From the NCBI GenBank assembly GCA_977020255.1, contig CDROCS010000506.1:1550001-1614000 (forward strand): a stretch of 64,000 nt of DNA, given 5' to 3'. The translations under genes and the position numbers were made by a program. The notes below the pieces were generated by a model, which was not told the DNA's origin, made no database searches, and saw nothing but the letters and a program-made list of their open reading frames with translations. This stretch comes from Obrimoposthia wandeli. Lineage: Eukaryota. This document shows positions 20,818 through 30,525 of this stretch, piece after piece; within the stretch, counting starts at the first letter, position 1, and every line of letters starts with the position of its first letter.

Positions 20818-22167
20818 CTACAACTGCGCTAACCAGCCTTTACTGTAACCTTGATATTGTTTGGTCTGCAGTAGCAGTAAATTGTCTTTCGCTTGGGCTT
20901 TCTTATCTTGCTCTATTTGACTAACAGCTAATAAAAATCGCCATTTATCGGTTTTTAACAACGTCTTTTCATCCGTAGTTTTAACATCCGTATCTTGTAA
21001 TAAATCAACATACGCTAATTCAGCTTCAGACCAACGCGCTTCTAAATACAATAACTGCGCTTGCTGTTGTTCGTGTTTGGCTAATTTAATGCCAGCACGT
21101 TCAGCTTGCGCTAAAACATCCAGTGCTTTACTGCGTTCACGCGCCATTAACCACGCATCACTCAGGCCTTTAAAATAAGCTAAATCGAGTGATAATAACT
21201 TTTTATCAGCGCCTTCAATATACACATCAGCCGCTAATCTCGGTTGTTGCTGTTGAAGATATAACGACGCTAATACCCGATAACCTTGGGCGGTAAGCAG
21301 ACCTTGATTACGGGTGATCGCCAATGTCGATAACGCGGCTTTATTCTGCTCTAAACTAAGATAGCTATACGCTAAACGTTCCCAATAATCTTTTGATTGA
21401 GGGAAATCGACTACCGCTATTTGCAGGTGCTTATTAAGCTGTTGGGTGTGTTCTAAACGCTGTAATAACGCTAATAATAATTGCAGGTAAGATTCTTTTT
21501 TCGGTGCTAACTTATAGGCACGTTTTGACGGGGCTAAAGCAGCTGTTAGCTTATCTTGTAAATAATAACCTTGCGCTAATAATGCCGCATTACTGGCTTC
21601 TTTATCCTTGCTGATTTTGTAAGTTTCACGCTGCTTGTCATCAAGCTTGTCCACCAGCAAAAACCAAGCATTAAGATGTTGAGTTACTAATGCCCATGAC
21701 TTTTTATTTGTATCTGGGGTTTTATTAGCGTTTGCAGGGGAAGATAACGATGCGGCTAGCTGTGCTGCTAATTGTTGGAATGTCAGTTGCTGTTCAAGTG
21801 CTAACGGTAAACTTAATAGCTGAGTGACGACTTGGTAGCTTTCCTTGTAATCTTGTTTAGCTAACAACACTTGCAGGTGTAAATTGCTCGCCAGTAATTG
21901 GCGTTCCGTTGAGTGTGTCAGTTGCTGTTGATAAAATTCAGCAATACTCTTGGTTAAAACTTCATTCGTTTCAGCCTTCGTTTTATTTTGCTTATCGTCC
22001 TGTGCAGACATTTTCGCAAACGCTGTCGTTAAGGTGATATAACGGCTATAAACAGAGGCTGGTACTTGCTGCGCTTGCGCCAATGGCATCGACAACAGTA
22101 TGACCAGTGACAGCAATATTACTTGCAACACAGATCCAGACAACAGCGATGAACTCCCCTGCTTCAT
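20818..22167 (-). CDS. TPR-repeat periplasmic protein (TtpD-like) of the TonB operon
   Basis: Signal peptide (PLAQA), helical TPR repeats, last gene of the ttp-exbBD-tonB operon. Start trimmed to MKQGSS (22167), directly after the tonB stop. Confidence 0.8.
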   Translation of the reverse strand: MKQGSSSLLSGSVLQVILLSLVILLSMPLAQAQQVPASVYSRYITLTTAFAKMSAQDDKQNKTKAETNEVLTKSIAEFYQQQLTHSTERQLLASNLHLQVLLAKQDYKESYQVVTQLLSLPLALEQQLTFQQLAAQLAASLSSPANANKTPDTNKKSWALVTQHLNAWFLLVDKLDDKQRETYKISKDKEASNAALLAQGYYLQDKLTAALAPSKRAYKLAPKKESYLQLLLALLQRLEHTQQLNKHLQIAVVDFPQSKDYWERLAYSYLSLEQNKAALSTLAITRNQGLLTAQGYRVLASLYLQQQQPRLAADVYIEGADKKLLSLDLAYFKGLSDAWLMARERSKALDVLAQAERAGIKLAKHEQQQAQLLYLEARWSEAELAYVDLLQDTDVKTTDEKTLLKTDKWRFLLAVSQIEQDKKAQAKDNLLLLQTKQYQGYSKGWLAQL

Positions 22168-22168
22168 A

Positions 22169-22873
22169 CTAATTAAGTTCAAAGACCATTCTCCATTTTC
22201 TCCATACTTCTGTACCTGCAGGGGCTTTTTCAAACTGCCAGCGGCGCACTGATTTACGCGACACTTTACCGAAATAACCACGAGGGCTTTCTTCGATTAT
22301 TTTAATTTCTTCGCTGCGCCCTTCATCATTAATTAAGACATGTAACAACACATAACCTTCAATTTTCAGACGTTTGGCTTTGTACGGATATTGCGGGTTA
22401 GTTTTACGTAATACTTTAGCAAAGCCAATTTCAGGCTCGCCAACCACAGCTTGTTCAACATTAGCGACTGCAACAGGTATCACATCAACTTGTGGTTGAA
22501 TATGGCTGGTCACATCGACGAGTTGCGGCGATACATCAAAAGTCGGTACCGATAATGCAGGCAAAGTAATACTGCTGTTTAAATTAATATTCGGTGTATC
22601 AAAACTTGGTTGCACCGCTTGTGGCAGTGTCGCCATTTCTTGCTGTGGTTTTGGTTCGGGGATAACCTCTAGCTCAGGGCTAATTTCCTGTTCTTCAACA
22701 CTTGAATCGGTAAATTGGCGAAAGTCGATCGAAATAGGATCTTGTACAGGGGGTTTATTGCTGCCAACCGTTAACGAATAAATTAATCCCGCTAAACTGA
22801 TGTTCACAACAACTGCTAGCCCGAACGCCAGCAGCCAATGACCTCTACTGCCTCGCTGTTGCGACTGCAACAT
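22169..22873 (-). CDS. tonB: Energy transducer TonB
   Basis: N-terminal TM anchor, Pro-rich linker, C-domain PQYPYKAKRLKIEGYVLL...RWQFEK. Confidence 0.92.
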   Translation of the reverse strand: MLQSQQRGSRGHWLLAFGLAVVVNISLAGLIYSLTVGSNKPPVQDPISIDFRQFTDSSVEEQEISPELEVIPEPKPQQEMATLPQAVQPSFDTPNINLNSSITLPALSVPTFDVSPQLVDVTSHIQPQVDVIPVAVANVEQAVVGEPEIGFAKVLRKTNPQYPYKAKRLKIEGYVLLHVLINDEGRSEEIKIIEESPRGYFGKVSRKSVRRWQFEKAPAGTEVWRKWRMVFELN

Positions 22874-23246
22874 TGTCCACCCCAGCTAATCTGACTTGAT
22901 CTAGTACTTCAATTAAACGACCGGTATCAACACTGCGATCAGCATTCAACATCACCGAGGTATGATCGCCACCACTTAATGTTTTCACTCGGCTACGTAA
23001 TTTACGAATATCAACCGGCTCACCTTCGATCCACACACCATTTTCTGCATCAATAGACACCACTAAACTCACAGCGCCTTGCATATCATTGGTCGCGCCA
23101 TCGGGACGTTTAACATCAATCGCATTCATCTTGTTAAACGATGCGGTAACTAAAAAGAAGATAAGTAAAATAAACACCATATCAATCATAGGTGTTAAAT
23201 CGACAGTGAGCGCGTCACTGTTATTTCGACTAAATCGAGTTCTCAT
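22845..23246 (-). CDS. exbD: Biopolymer transporter ExbD
   Basis: VDLTPMIDMVFILLIFFLVTASF, LNADRSV..G.LIEVLD. Confidence 0.95.
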   Translation of the reverse strand: MRTRFSRNNSDALTVDLTPMIDMVFILLIFFLVTASFNKMNAIDVKRPDGATNDMQGAVSLVVSIDAENGVWIEGEPVDIRKLRSRVKTLSGGDHTSVMLNADRSVDTGRLIEVLDQVRLAGVDNVAVATARQ

Positions 23247-23753
23247 TTAAATCCCTTTCACTACTAATTTTTGCGCCAAGTCCAAGGTCAATAAGTTCGC
23301 TCGTTTGTTCAAACTATGACAAAAAAACAACCCCGACAAACCCGTCACTAATCCCGCTAAGGTGGTTAATAATGCTTGAGCAATGCCACTGCTAAATAAT
23401 TCTGAAACCCCAAGGCTATCAGACAACACCGAGAAATTATCAATCATGCCATCCACCGTACCAAGCAAGCCTAATAACGGTAATACCCCAGTTAAGGTTT
23501 TAATAAAAATAAGGTTACGCGTGAGCTGACTTTTTAATTCAGAAATAAAACCATCACGCACCGCCACAGCTAATAAATGTGATTGGTCTTGCCACTGTGC
23601 CCATTCTGCTTGGTAATGCTTAGAGAGTACGGGATATTGCAAAATATACTGTAAATAACAACGGGCGATCGTCCACCACATGACTACCGACAACAGCATA
23701 ATGACCCAGAAGATCAACGATGCATCATGAAGAAATCCAATAAACGCCGACAT
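23247..23753 (-). CDS. exbB: MotA/TolQ/ExbB proton channel (short ExbB)
   Basis: LPLLGLLGTVDGMI..F, GIAQALLTTLAGL. Confidence 0.9.
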   Translation of the reverse strand: MSAFIGFLHDASLIFWVIMLLSVVMWWTIARCYLQYILQYPVLSKHYQAEWAQWQDQSHLLAVAVRDGFISELKSQLTRNLIFIKTLTGVLPLLGLLGTVDGMIDNFSVLSDSLGVSELFSSGIAQALLTTLAGLVTGLSGLFFCHSLNKRANLLTLDLAQKLVVKGI

Positions 23754-23755
23754 AA

Positions 23756-25186
23756 TTATGAATTACCAGCTGTTTGTCGGTGATGAGTAACAACCTGTGC
23801 AGTCAGCGATTCATTAACACATAGATTTAGACGTTGTTGACGCTGCGCCAATAACCCTGCACTTTGATGTTCAATCACATGAACAATACTGTCACTTTTA
23901 CTGGTAAGTAAACTGTGTAATAACATTAATGGCACAGCTGCAATCAAACCAAATTTAGTGGTTAACAAGGCTTGAGAAATACCGCTGGATAATACCTGAG
24001 GGTCGCTATTGCCATAAGCCGTGATAGCTTGGAAGGTTTCAATCATCCCCGCTACTGTGCCTAACAGCCCTAATAACGGGGCAATCGTTGCCAATACAGC
24101 TAACGATCCTAAGCCTTTACGACATTCTGGTAATTCAGCCAAAATAGCTTCATCAAGAAAACGCGCTAATTCATCTGCGTTGCTGTTCTCGTGGCGGTCA
24201 GCAACACCAATAATACGACCGAGTGAATTATCAGTTAGTTTATCTAAATTCTGCTTTTGCGTTTTAATTTTCTTGGCTTCACGAGATAGCACCCATAAAC
24301 GGAATAAACCGATAACCATGCCTATCACACCCACTGCGACAATAATGAAGCCGATAATGCCGGCATCAGAAAATATCTGCCACCACACGCGTTCTTCTGT
24401 CGCGCGTTGCAGTAAACCGCCAGAGGAAGGGTCTATTAAGGTACTAACAAAACCATCTTGTACTTGCGAGAATCCAGCAATTCGCGCGCTGATATCAGCC
24501 GAGTTTGACGGTAATAATTGATAGCTTTCACTCGCGGGTTGATATAGTAATGGTCCTTGCGCGGTAAAGGCTGTAAACCCAGCAATTTGGGTCACGGCTA
24601 ATGTTTCTTTACTGCCATCTGCCATCGTGACAGGTGTATCTGTGGTCGTGATTTTACTGCTTGCTACCATTTGCTCGGTAAACAGTAGCCATAAATTTTT
24701 AATCGCCGCTAAATCAGGTTCATAATTGGCTTCGCTATAAGGTGACAACTGAGTTGAACGACCTGATAGTGTTGCGCTCAATGGGCTCTTATTTAATTGT
24801 CCACGTAGGTCTTGGCTAGCACCACGAAATTCACTGAATACTTTATCCAAATCTGACTTTTCACTATTGGCGAGTTTACGCTTCGCTAAGATCAGCTTGT
24901 TGTTACCCGCAATCGCATCTTGCAGGTGCGTCATTTTTTGTTGTAAGGCTTGATTACGTTGCGCTTGCTTGGCTAAGTTGGCTTTTTGTGTTGTCAGGTT
25001 CGCTTTAAAACGCGTTAATGCCGCGTTATCTATTTGCGTTTCTGCGACATTACTTTGTTTAACTTGTTTTAACAGTTCATCTAATGGCGTTGCGTAAACG
25101 TCTAACATCAGTAAAGTAAAAACAAGAAAAATATAAGCGCTAAAACGCAGCGAGAAAGTCGTTAATGCTGTAAGAAGTTTAGTCAT
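23756..25186 (-). CDS. Large MotA/TolQ/ExbB protein with periplasmic N-domain (TtpC-like)
   Basis: Signal peptide, coiled coil, DPSSG.LL, APLLGLLGTVAGMIETFQAIT..G.SDPQVLSSGISQALLTT. Confidence 0.88.
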   Translation of the reverse strand: MTKLLTALTTFSLRFSAYIFLVFTLLMLDVYATPLDELLKQVKQSNVAETQIDNAALTRFKANLTTQKANLAKQAQRNQALQQKMTHLQDAIAGNNKLILAKRKLANSEKSDLDKVFSEFRGASQDLRGQLNKSPLSATLSGRSTQLSPYSEANYEPDLAAIKNLWLLFTEQMVASSKITTTDTPVTMADGSKETLAVTQIAGFTAFTAQGPLLYQPASESYQLLPSNSADISARIAGFSQVQDGFVSTLIDPSSGGLLQRATEERVWWQIFSDAGIIGFIIVAVGVIGMVIGLFRLWVLSREAKKIKTQKQNLDKLTDNSLGRIIGVADRHENSNADELARFLDEAILAELPECRKGLGSLAVLATIAPLLGLLGTVAGMIETFQAITAYGNSDPQVLSSGISQALLTTKFGLIAAVPLMLLHSLLTSKSDSIVHVIEHQSAGLLAQRQQRLNLCVNESLTAQVVTHHRQTAGNS

Positions 25187-25983
25187 TATAGTGCCTCCTG
25201 CGGTTGCGTTTCTGAACCAGTATTAATCGATGCTTCTAGCAAGGGTAAAGCTAGTAAAGTCGGTACAGTTTTATTATCTGCCACGGCATAAGCCTGTTTC
25301 ACTTTTGGTAACCACGAATCAGGTAGTATTAACCAAGTACGAGTACTGTTATCCCAATACCCTGCGGTATGCTGATCGGGCGTTAAATAATATAAGGCAA
25401 CGCGGCCAACACGAATCAGTTGCACAGCTCTGTCGGTATCACTTAACGGTAATTGCGCTTGCCATGTTTCGATGGTATCGCCATATTCTGTTTCAATTTG
25501 ATACGCTTCTAAAATGCGGCGGTATTTATCGGCAATGCTGATATTAGGGTTGTCTAATAAGCGATTGAGTTCAGCCAAACGTAATTGACGTTCTTGCCAT
25601 AAGAATGGAATATCTTGCTCAACAAACAGGCTGAGTACTTGTACCATTTGCTGCATTAATGGCGTTAACTCCATCCGTGTTTCACGTACGCTCGCCATGT
25701 TATCTTCTAAACTGGTTAATAACTTCTGCTGTTGCGAAACTTGTTTTTCGAGTTGATTGGTATAAGCCGTGAGCACTGCATTTTCACGTAATAAACTGCG
25801 ATATTCAGCCACGGTTTCACTGGTTTTTTCATCTAATTCAGCAATATTATTTTGCGTGCGCTGTGCTTGTGCCTGTGATTGTTGCTTGCTGTTGATAATA
25901 TTATCAAGATCGCTGGTTGCTTGAACTGGCATCATTAATGCCCCTGCGACTAACCCGATTGACCAAATTGCTGAATAGTTCAT
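25186..25983 (-). CDS. DUF3450-family periplasmic protein (TtpB-like)
   Basis: Signal peptide, coiled coil, DIPFL..ERQ.RL, KYRRILEAYQIE..YG, RVGRVALYY. Confidence 0.88.
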   Translation of the reverse strand: MNYSAIWSIGLVAGALMMPVQATSDLDNIINSKQQSQAQAQRTQNNIAELDEKTSETVAEYRSLLRENAVLTAYTNQLEKQVSQQQKLLTSLEDNMASVRETRMELTPLMQQMVQVLSLFVEQDIPFLWQERQLRLAELNRLLDNPNISIADKYRRILEAYQIETEYGDTIETWQAQLPLSDTDRAVQLIRVGRVALYYLTPDQHTAGYWDNSTRTWLILPDSWLPKVKQAYAVADNKTVPTLLALPLLEASINTGSETQPQEAL

Positions 25984-26069
25984 GTTATTCCACTGTTTAT
26001 GCTGTGATAATTAAATCTGATGATCAAGTACGATGTGCTGGGTTAATGAATATACACGCCATTAACCTA

Positions 26070-26088
26070 AATGAGAATCATTATATTT
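26070..26088. promoter_or_regulatory. Fur box upstream of the ttp/tonB operon
   Basis: AATGAGAAT-C-ATTATATTT versus AATGATAAT-N-ATTATCATT (15/18), 87 bp upstream of the first gene. Confidence 0.75.
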
Positions 26089-26171
26089 AAGCTAATTGTA
26101 TTTAGCAATCCAATCGCAAATATATGTTAATATTACACGCATCACTAGTAACCACACTGCAGAGCGCAATT

Positions 26172-26399
26172 ATGATCATTCCCTATAAGCAATTAGATAA
26201 AGATACACTAAATACCCTTATAGAACACTTCGTGTTACGAGAAGGTACTGATTATGGCACCCTTGAGATGTCGATGTCAGAAAAAGTCTGCCAGGTAACC
26301 AAACAACTTGAAACGGGTGATGTGGTCATCGTTTACTCTGAATTACATGACAGTGTGAACATTTTACCAAAGAGCGAAGTTCTTAAAAACCCACAGTAA
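26172..26399 (+). CDS. yheU: YheU family protein
   Basis: MIIPYKQL..DTL.TLIEHFVLREGTDYG, GDVVIVYSELHDSVNI; start trimmed to 26172. Confidence 0.93.
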   Translation: MIIPYKQLDKDTLNTLIEHFVLREGTDYGTLEMSMSEKVCQVTKQLETGDVVIVYSELHDSVNILPKSEVLKNPQ

Positions 26400-26485
26400 T
26401 TGTGTGAATTTTATACTTGATCTCCGTTCATTTAACTCGTATAACATAGCACTCATCCCTTAAATTCAACTAGTTGGTCGATACA

Positions 26486-27355
26486 ATGTCAGCAAAAAAT
26501 CCTATTATTGCAGTGACAGGTTCATCAGGCGCCGGTACTTCTACCACTAGCTTGGCCTTTGCACACATGTTCCAGCAAGAAAACATCAAAGCCTCTTTTA
26601 TTGGCGGCGACAGTTTTCATCGCTATACCCGTCCTGAAATGGATGTAGCGATCCGTAAAGCCCGTGAGCAAGGTCGACATATCAGTTATTTTGGCCCTGA
26701 AGCCAATGATTTTGAATTACTGGAAAATTTCTTTCAAGGCTATGGTCGTGATGGCACGGGTAAATACCGTCGCTACCTGCATACCTTTGATGAAGCGGTG
26801 CCGTATAATTTAATGCCGGGTACCTTTACCCCTTGGCAAGACATAGATACTGGCACAGATATCTTATTCTACGAAGGTCTACACGGCGGTGTCGCAACCA
26901 AAGATCATGACGTAGCAAAACATGTTGATCTACTGATCGGCATGGTGCCTATTGTTAACTTGGAGTGGATCCAAAAATTAGTCCGTGACACTGAAGACCG
27001 TGGGCACTCTCGTGAAGCAGTCACTGACTCTATCGTCCGTTCGATGGATGACTACATTAATTTCATTACGCCGCAGTTTTCACGCACACACATTAACTTT
27101 CAACGTGTACCTTTGGTAGATACTTCGAATCCATTTAGTGCGACGACGATCCCAACACTGGACGAAAGTTTGGTGGTGATCCGTTTCCAAAGCGTGAAAA
27201 ATGTCGACTTCCCATATTTACTGACCATGATCGATGGTTCGTTCATTTCCGGTATTAATACCCTCGTTGTTCCAGGCGGTAAAATGGCACTGGCGATGGA
27301 GCTTATCTGCGCTCCTCTGATCCGTCAGTTATTAGTCGAAGGTAAGATTAGCTAA
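26486..27355 (+). CDS. prkB: Phosphoribulokinase-family protein (PrkB)
   Basis: IAVTGSSGAGTST, GDSFHRY.R, FYEGLHGG, EWIQK..RD...RGHSREAV; follows yheU. Confidence 0.94.
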   Translation: MSAKNPIIAVTGSSGAGTSTTSLAFAHMFQQENIKASFIGGDSFHRYTRPEMDVAIRKAREQGRHISYFGPEANDFELLENFFQGYGRDGTGKYRRYLHTFDEAVPYNLMPGTFTPWQDIDTGTDILFYEGLHGGVATKDHDVAKHVDLLIGMVPIVNLEWIQKLVRDTEDRGHSREAVTDSIVRSMDDYINFITPQFSRTHINFQRVPLVDTSNPFSATTIPTLDESLVVIRFQSVKNVDFPYLLTMIDGSFISGINTLVVPGGKMALAMELICAPLIRQLLVEGKIS

Positions 27356-27377
27356 TATAGAAAATAGAATAAAAAAC

Positions 27378-27416
27378 AAAAAAGGGGGGATGCTGTTATA
27401 CAGCATCCCCCCTTTT
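27378..27416. terminator. Bidirectional terminator between prkB and lysO
   Basis: aaaaggggggatgctg-ttata-cagcatccccccttt. Confidence 0.88.
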
Positions 27417-27449
27417 CGTTATTCGCGATTTAAAGTTAATAGCCGATCA

Positions 27450-28349
27450 TCAAAGCGCTAAGAACAAACTAATAAATAACGGTGACGCCAGGCTTAATAT
27501 AAAGCCACTAACAATGGCCAACGGCACATAACCATTACCACCAGACTTTTGGATCATCGGCAGCGTAAAGTCCATTGCCGTCGCACCAGCATAACCAATC
27601 GCGGTTGATGGGTGTAAACGGATCAAAGATGGAATAATTAAGATAGCCACCAGCTCGCGACCTAAATCAATAATAAACGCCGCGCCACCAAATACCGGTG
27701 ATAAACCATCGGTAATCAAGATCCCAGACAACGAATACCAACCAAAACCAGATGCCAGCGCCAAACCATTACTTAACGGTATATCCAATAATAAAGCCGC
27801 TATCAAGCCGCCAACCCAAGAACTAATCATCACCACAATGGCGATCTTAATGCCCCAGCTATTGAGTAATATTTCTCGTAATTTCATGCCACTATTACGC
27901 AATTGGCAACCAATTAACAATAATAACAATACCAAAGCACCTTCGGTGATGGCATCAATATCAATCAGTTCTTCCGATACAAACAAGCCGACAATAAAAC
28001 CTGCTGCAATCACAAAGATTAACTGCACCGATTCTAAAATAAGGTGCCACTTACTCAATGTCTCGCCATCACCTTCTACCGTTTTTGATAAGCGTTTATC
28101 GAGCCCCCACAAAGCCAATAGATTGGCAGCAGATACACAGGCCAACACAGTAAAACTGTATAAACCTATGTTCTGGATATTTTGCGCAAAATTATCCAAA
28201 TGCGACAAACTAATGCCCATCAAGAATAAGATCACGTAGACCATTTTACTGGTGGATGCGTTGACCCAATGAATATGTTTCTGCTGCGTTAACGCAACAA
28301 AATAGCCCAATACCAAGGGCACGATGACAATCAAAAATCCAGAATACAT
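27450..28349 (-). CDS. lysO: Lysine exporter LysO (YbjE) family
   Basis: ASGFGWYSLSGILI, DLGREL, GATAMDFTLP; multi-TM. Confidence 0.9.
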   Translation of the reverse strand: MYSGFLIVIVPLVLGYFVALTQQKHIHWVNASTSKMVYVILFLMGISLSHLDNFAQNIQNIGLYSFTVLACVSAANLLALWGLDKRLSKTVEGDGETLSKWHLILESVQLIFVIAAGFIVGLFVSEELIDIDAITEGALVLLLLLIGCQLRNSGMKLREILLNSWGIKIAIVVMISSWVGGLIAALLLDIPLSNGLALASGFGWYSLSGILITDGLSPVFGGAAFIIDLGRELVAILIIPSLIRLHPSTAIGYAGATAMDFTLPMIQKSGGNGYVPLAIVSGFILSLASPLFISLFLAL

Positions 28350-28392
28350 CTAACGTCAGTCCATGTTTATTAATGGCCACAATTAAGCAGCA

Positions 28393-28442
28393 GTTATTAA
28401 TCGATAGTTATTAATTGATAGTGATTAATTGAAAGTTATTAA
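28393..28442. repeat. Degenerate 14-bp tandem repeat (gttattaattgata x3.5)
   Basis: gttattaatcgata/gttattaattgata/gtgattaattgaaa/gttattaa. Confidence 0.8.
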
Positions 28443-28467
28443 GCAATCGCAATTAGGCGACAACTAT

Positions 28468-29433
28468 TTACCCAACAACACTCACCGCGTTTAGCGATTC
28501 ACGAAGCGCTGCAAACTGTGTACTGTCATTAATCAACAAACACACTCGCTCACCTTGCTGCTGACGTGTTTGCGCTTGGCTAACAAAATCAGTACTTAAA
28601 ATCGGATAGCGTTCGGCATCACGACGGCATAATTCAATAAATTCAGCCATGTTGTCATGACCCTCTTCCACATATAAGATCACATCTGCTTGTTGCATCA
28701 AACGCAGTGCTCTTAAACGTAATAGATCGGTTTCATCAGGTAGCTGAATTAAATAAATATCACCGGTAATATCGCCCTGCGGCGTCGCTAATTGCAGATC
28801 AAATTCTTGCTGTAATTGCACTTTATCAGTGGCAAGTGATACCGCTTTAGAGCTGAAAAAACGTTCCCAAAAACGGCGGCGTTCAGTCACGCTACTAAAT
28901 TGTTGTTTGACGCGATCACGTTGTTCACCAGAGAATGCACCAAGTAACCCCAGCGTTTCTGGTAATAAAGCTTCGAGTTTTTCACGTAAATAACGGATTA
29001 ATACCGGCGCAGTACCGCCACTAGAGATCGCAATTTGTAACGGAGAACGGTCGATAATAGAAGGCGTGATAAATTCACATAATTCTTGCTGATCAGCCAC
29101 GTTAACTAATAAGTTACGTTCGCAGCAATCTTGCCATACTTGCTTATTCAACGCGGTGTTATCAGTTGTCACCCACACCATTACATAACTATCCGCAGCA
29201 TCGTCAAGGTAATGGCTATGGTAACCATCGATGATCACCGTAATTTTGGCACCGTCACTATTACGCTCATGATCACGATAGCGTTGCAGGGTATCATTTA
29301 AACGCGGTGATAAAACCGTGACCTTGGCGCCAGCACTCAATAGCAAGTCAACTTTTCGACTCGCGACTTCTCCGCCACCGACGACCAGTACGTTTTTATC
29401 ATTCACATCCATAAAAATTGGCAAATACTGCAT
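28468..29433 (-). CDS. Precorrin-2 dehydrogenase/sirohydrochlorin ferrochelatase (CysG N-terminal module) with a degenerate methyltransferase remnant
   Basis: MQYLPIF, VLVVGGGEVASRK, LVNVAD..ELCEFITPSIIDRSPLQIAISSGGTAPVL, RRRFWE. The C-terminal part lacks GxGPGD. Start trimmed to 29433. Confidence 0.88.
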   Translation of the reverse strand: MQYLPIFMDVNDKNVLVVGGGEVASRKVDLLLSAGAKVTVLSPRLNDTLQRYRDHERNSDGAKITVIIDGYHSHYLDDAADSYVMVWVTTDNTALNKQVWQDCCERNLLVNVADQQELCEFITPSIIDRSPLQIAISSGGTAPVLIRYLREKLEALLPETLGLLGAFSGEQRDRVKQQFSSVTERRRFWERFFSSKAVSLATDKVQLQQEFDLQLATPQGDITGDIYLIQLPDETDLLRLRALRLMQQADVILYVEEGHDNMAEFIELCRRDAERYPILSTDFVSQAQTRQQQGERVCLLINDSTQFAALRESLNAVSVVG

Positions 29434-29629
29434 GTTACATCCATTTAAAAGTGCATAAACAGTGGTTAGTATACGGCGCAACCTGCTGATAGTCATCAAC
29501 ATCACGACTATAGAAAATAATTAATTTAGTGGCACAGAAAATGCTTACATTACAGATTGAGTGAAATAGTAGTAATAATGTCTCGCGTCAGACAATTTTT
29601 TGACTCCGGTCATCAGGAGAAGGTTTATC

Positions 29630-30217
29630 ATGCACGAACTTAAACAATATATTCAAAATTACAAACAGATAAACATTGCCACTACGTGGTTACTGCTTGC
29701 TGCGGCATTGGTATTGCTATTACCAACGACGGCACTGTCAGTATCAGGCTTGGAACAATGGGTAACTCAATACCGTGGTTATATTTCGATTATCGTCATA
29801 TCTGCGATTGCTTACTTTGTTGCCTTATTTCTCGTTCAAGCCGGGCAATCAGTGCTCGATAAAAAATCAGATAACGAGACCATGGATAAGATAAACAAGA
29901 TGGTCAAGGTGATGAATTCTTCTGAACAAGCTGTGGTACGTGAATTTATTTTCCAAAAGAAAGACATCATTTCCCTACCATTAGAAATGGCGGCAGTAGC
30001 AAATTTAGTCGAAAGTTGTATTTTAGTACCAGCATTAAACAGCCAAGAAATTATCGGTACTGGTAGCAAAATTAAGCTGTGTATCAATATCAAAGCACGG
30101 CCGTTACTGGATCATAAAGCCCTTGGTTTCCCAGAAGGCAAAATGACAGAGCTACAAGCAAAAGCATTAAAATCAGCACGACCAGCATTTGCCAAAGAGT
30201 TTTACGTTCGTCATTAA
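29630..30217 (+). CDS. Superinfection exclusion B (SieB)-family membrane protein
   Basis: Two N-terminal TM helices, then MNSSEQAVVREF.......LP......L...IL pattern and C-terminal RP.F; start at MHELKQ. Confidence 0.65.
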   Translation: MHELKQYIQNYKQINIATTWLLLAAALVLLLPTTALSVSGLEQWVTQYRGYISIIVISAIAYFVALFLVQAGQSVLDKKSDNETMDKINKMVKVMNSSEQAVVREFIFQKKDIISLPLEMAAVANLVESCILVPALNSQEIIGTGSKIKLCINIKARPLLDHKALGFPEGKMTELQAKALKSARPAFAKEFYVRH

Positions 30218-30525
30218 ACCGAGCGCCAATAAATAAATAAATCGAAAGGTAACAAGTTGACCTGACGCAAGGCCAGCAACGTACACGAAAGCTATTCCCT
30301 AATTTATACCCAAGCCATACCCTAATCTACAGTTTAAATGACGCTATAAAATACACGGCAAAGTACATAATCGATGGAACTTTGCCGTGATAGTGACTGT
30401 GAATGATAATTATCCCGTCTTTTTACAATTCTCTATTCAGATTGCCGCCATAAACGCGTAAACTAACTAAATAATTCTATTTGACGTTCATCGCTAAATA
30501 AGTGCTGAATAGTAAGAGGTAATCC

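Noticed and set aside
26486-27355. Phosphoribulokinase as evidence of a Calvin cycle
   Set aside because: This is the conserved yheU-linked PrkB of heterotrophic gammaproteobacteria, and no RuBisCO is in the window
30218-30525. FMN riboswitch upstream of ribA
   Set aside because: No RFN consensus (AGGGCGGGGUG..UUCCCGAC..CGGU) on either strand
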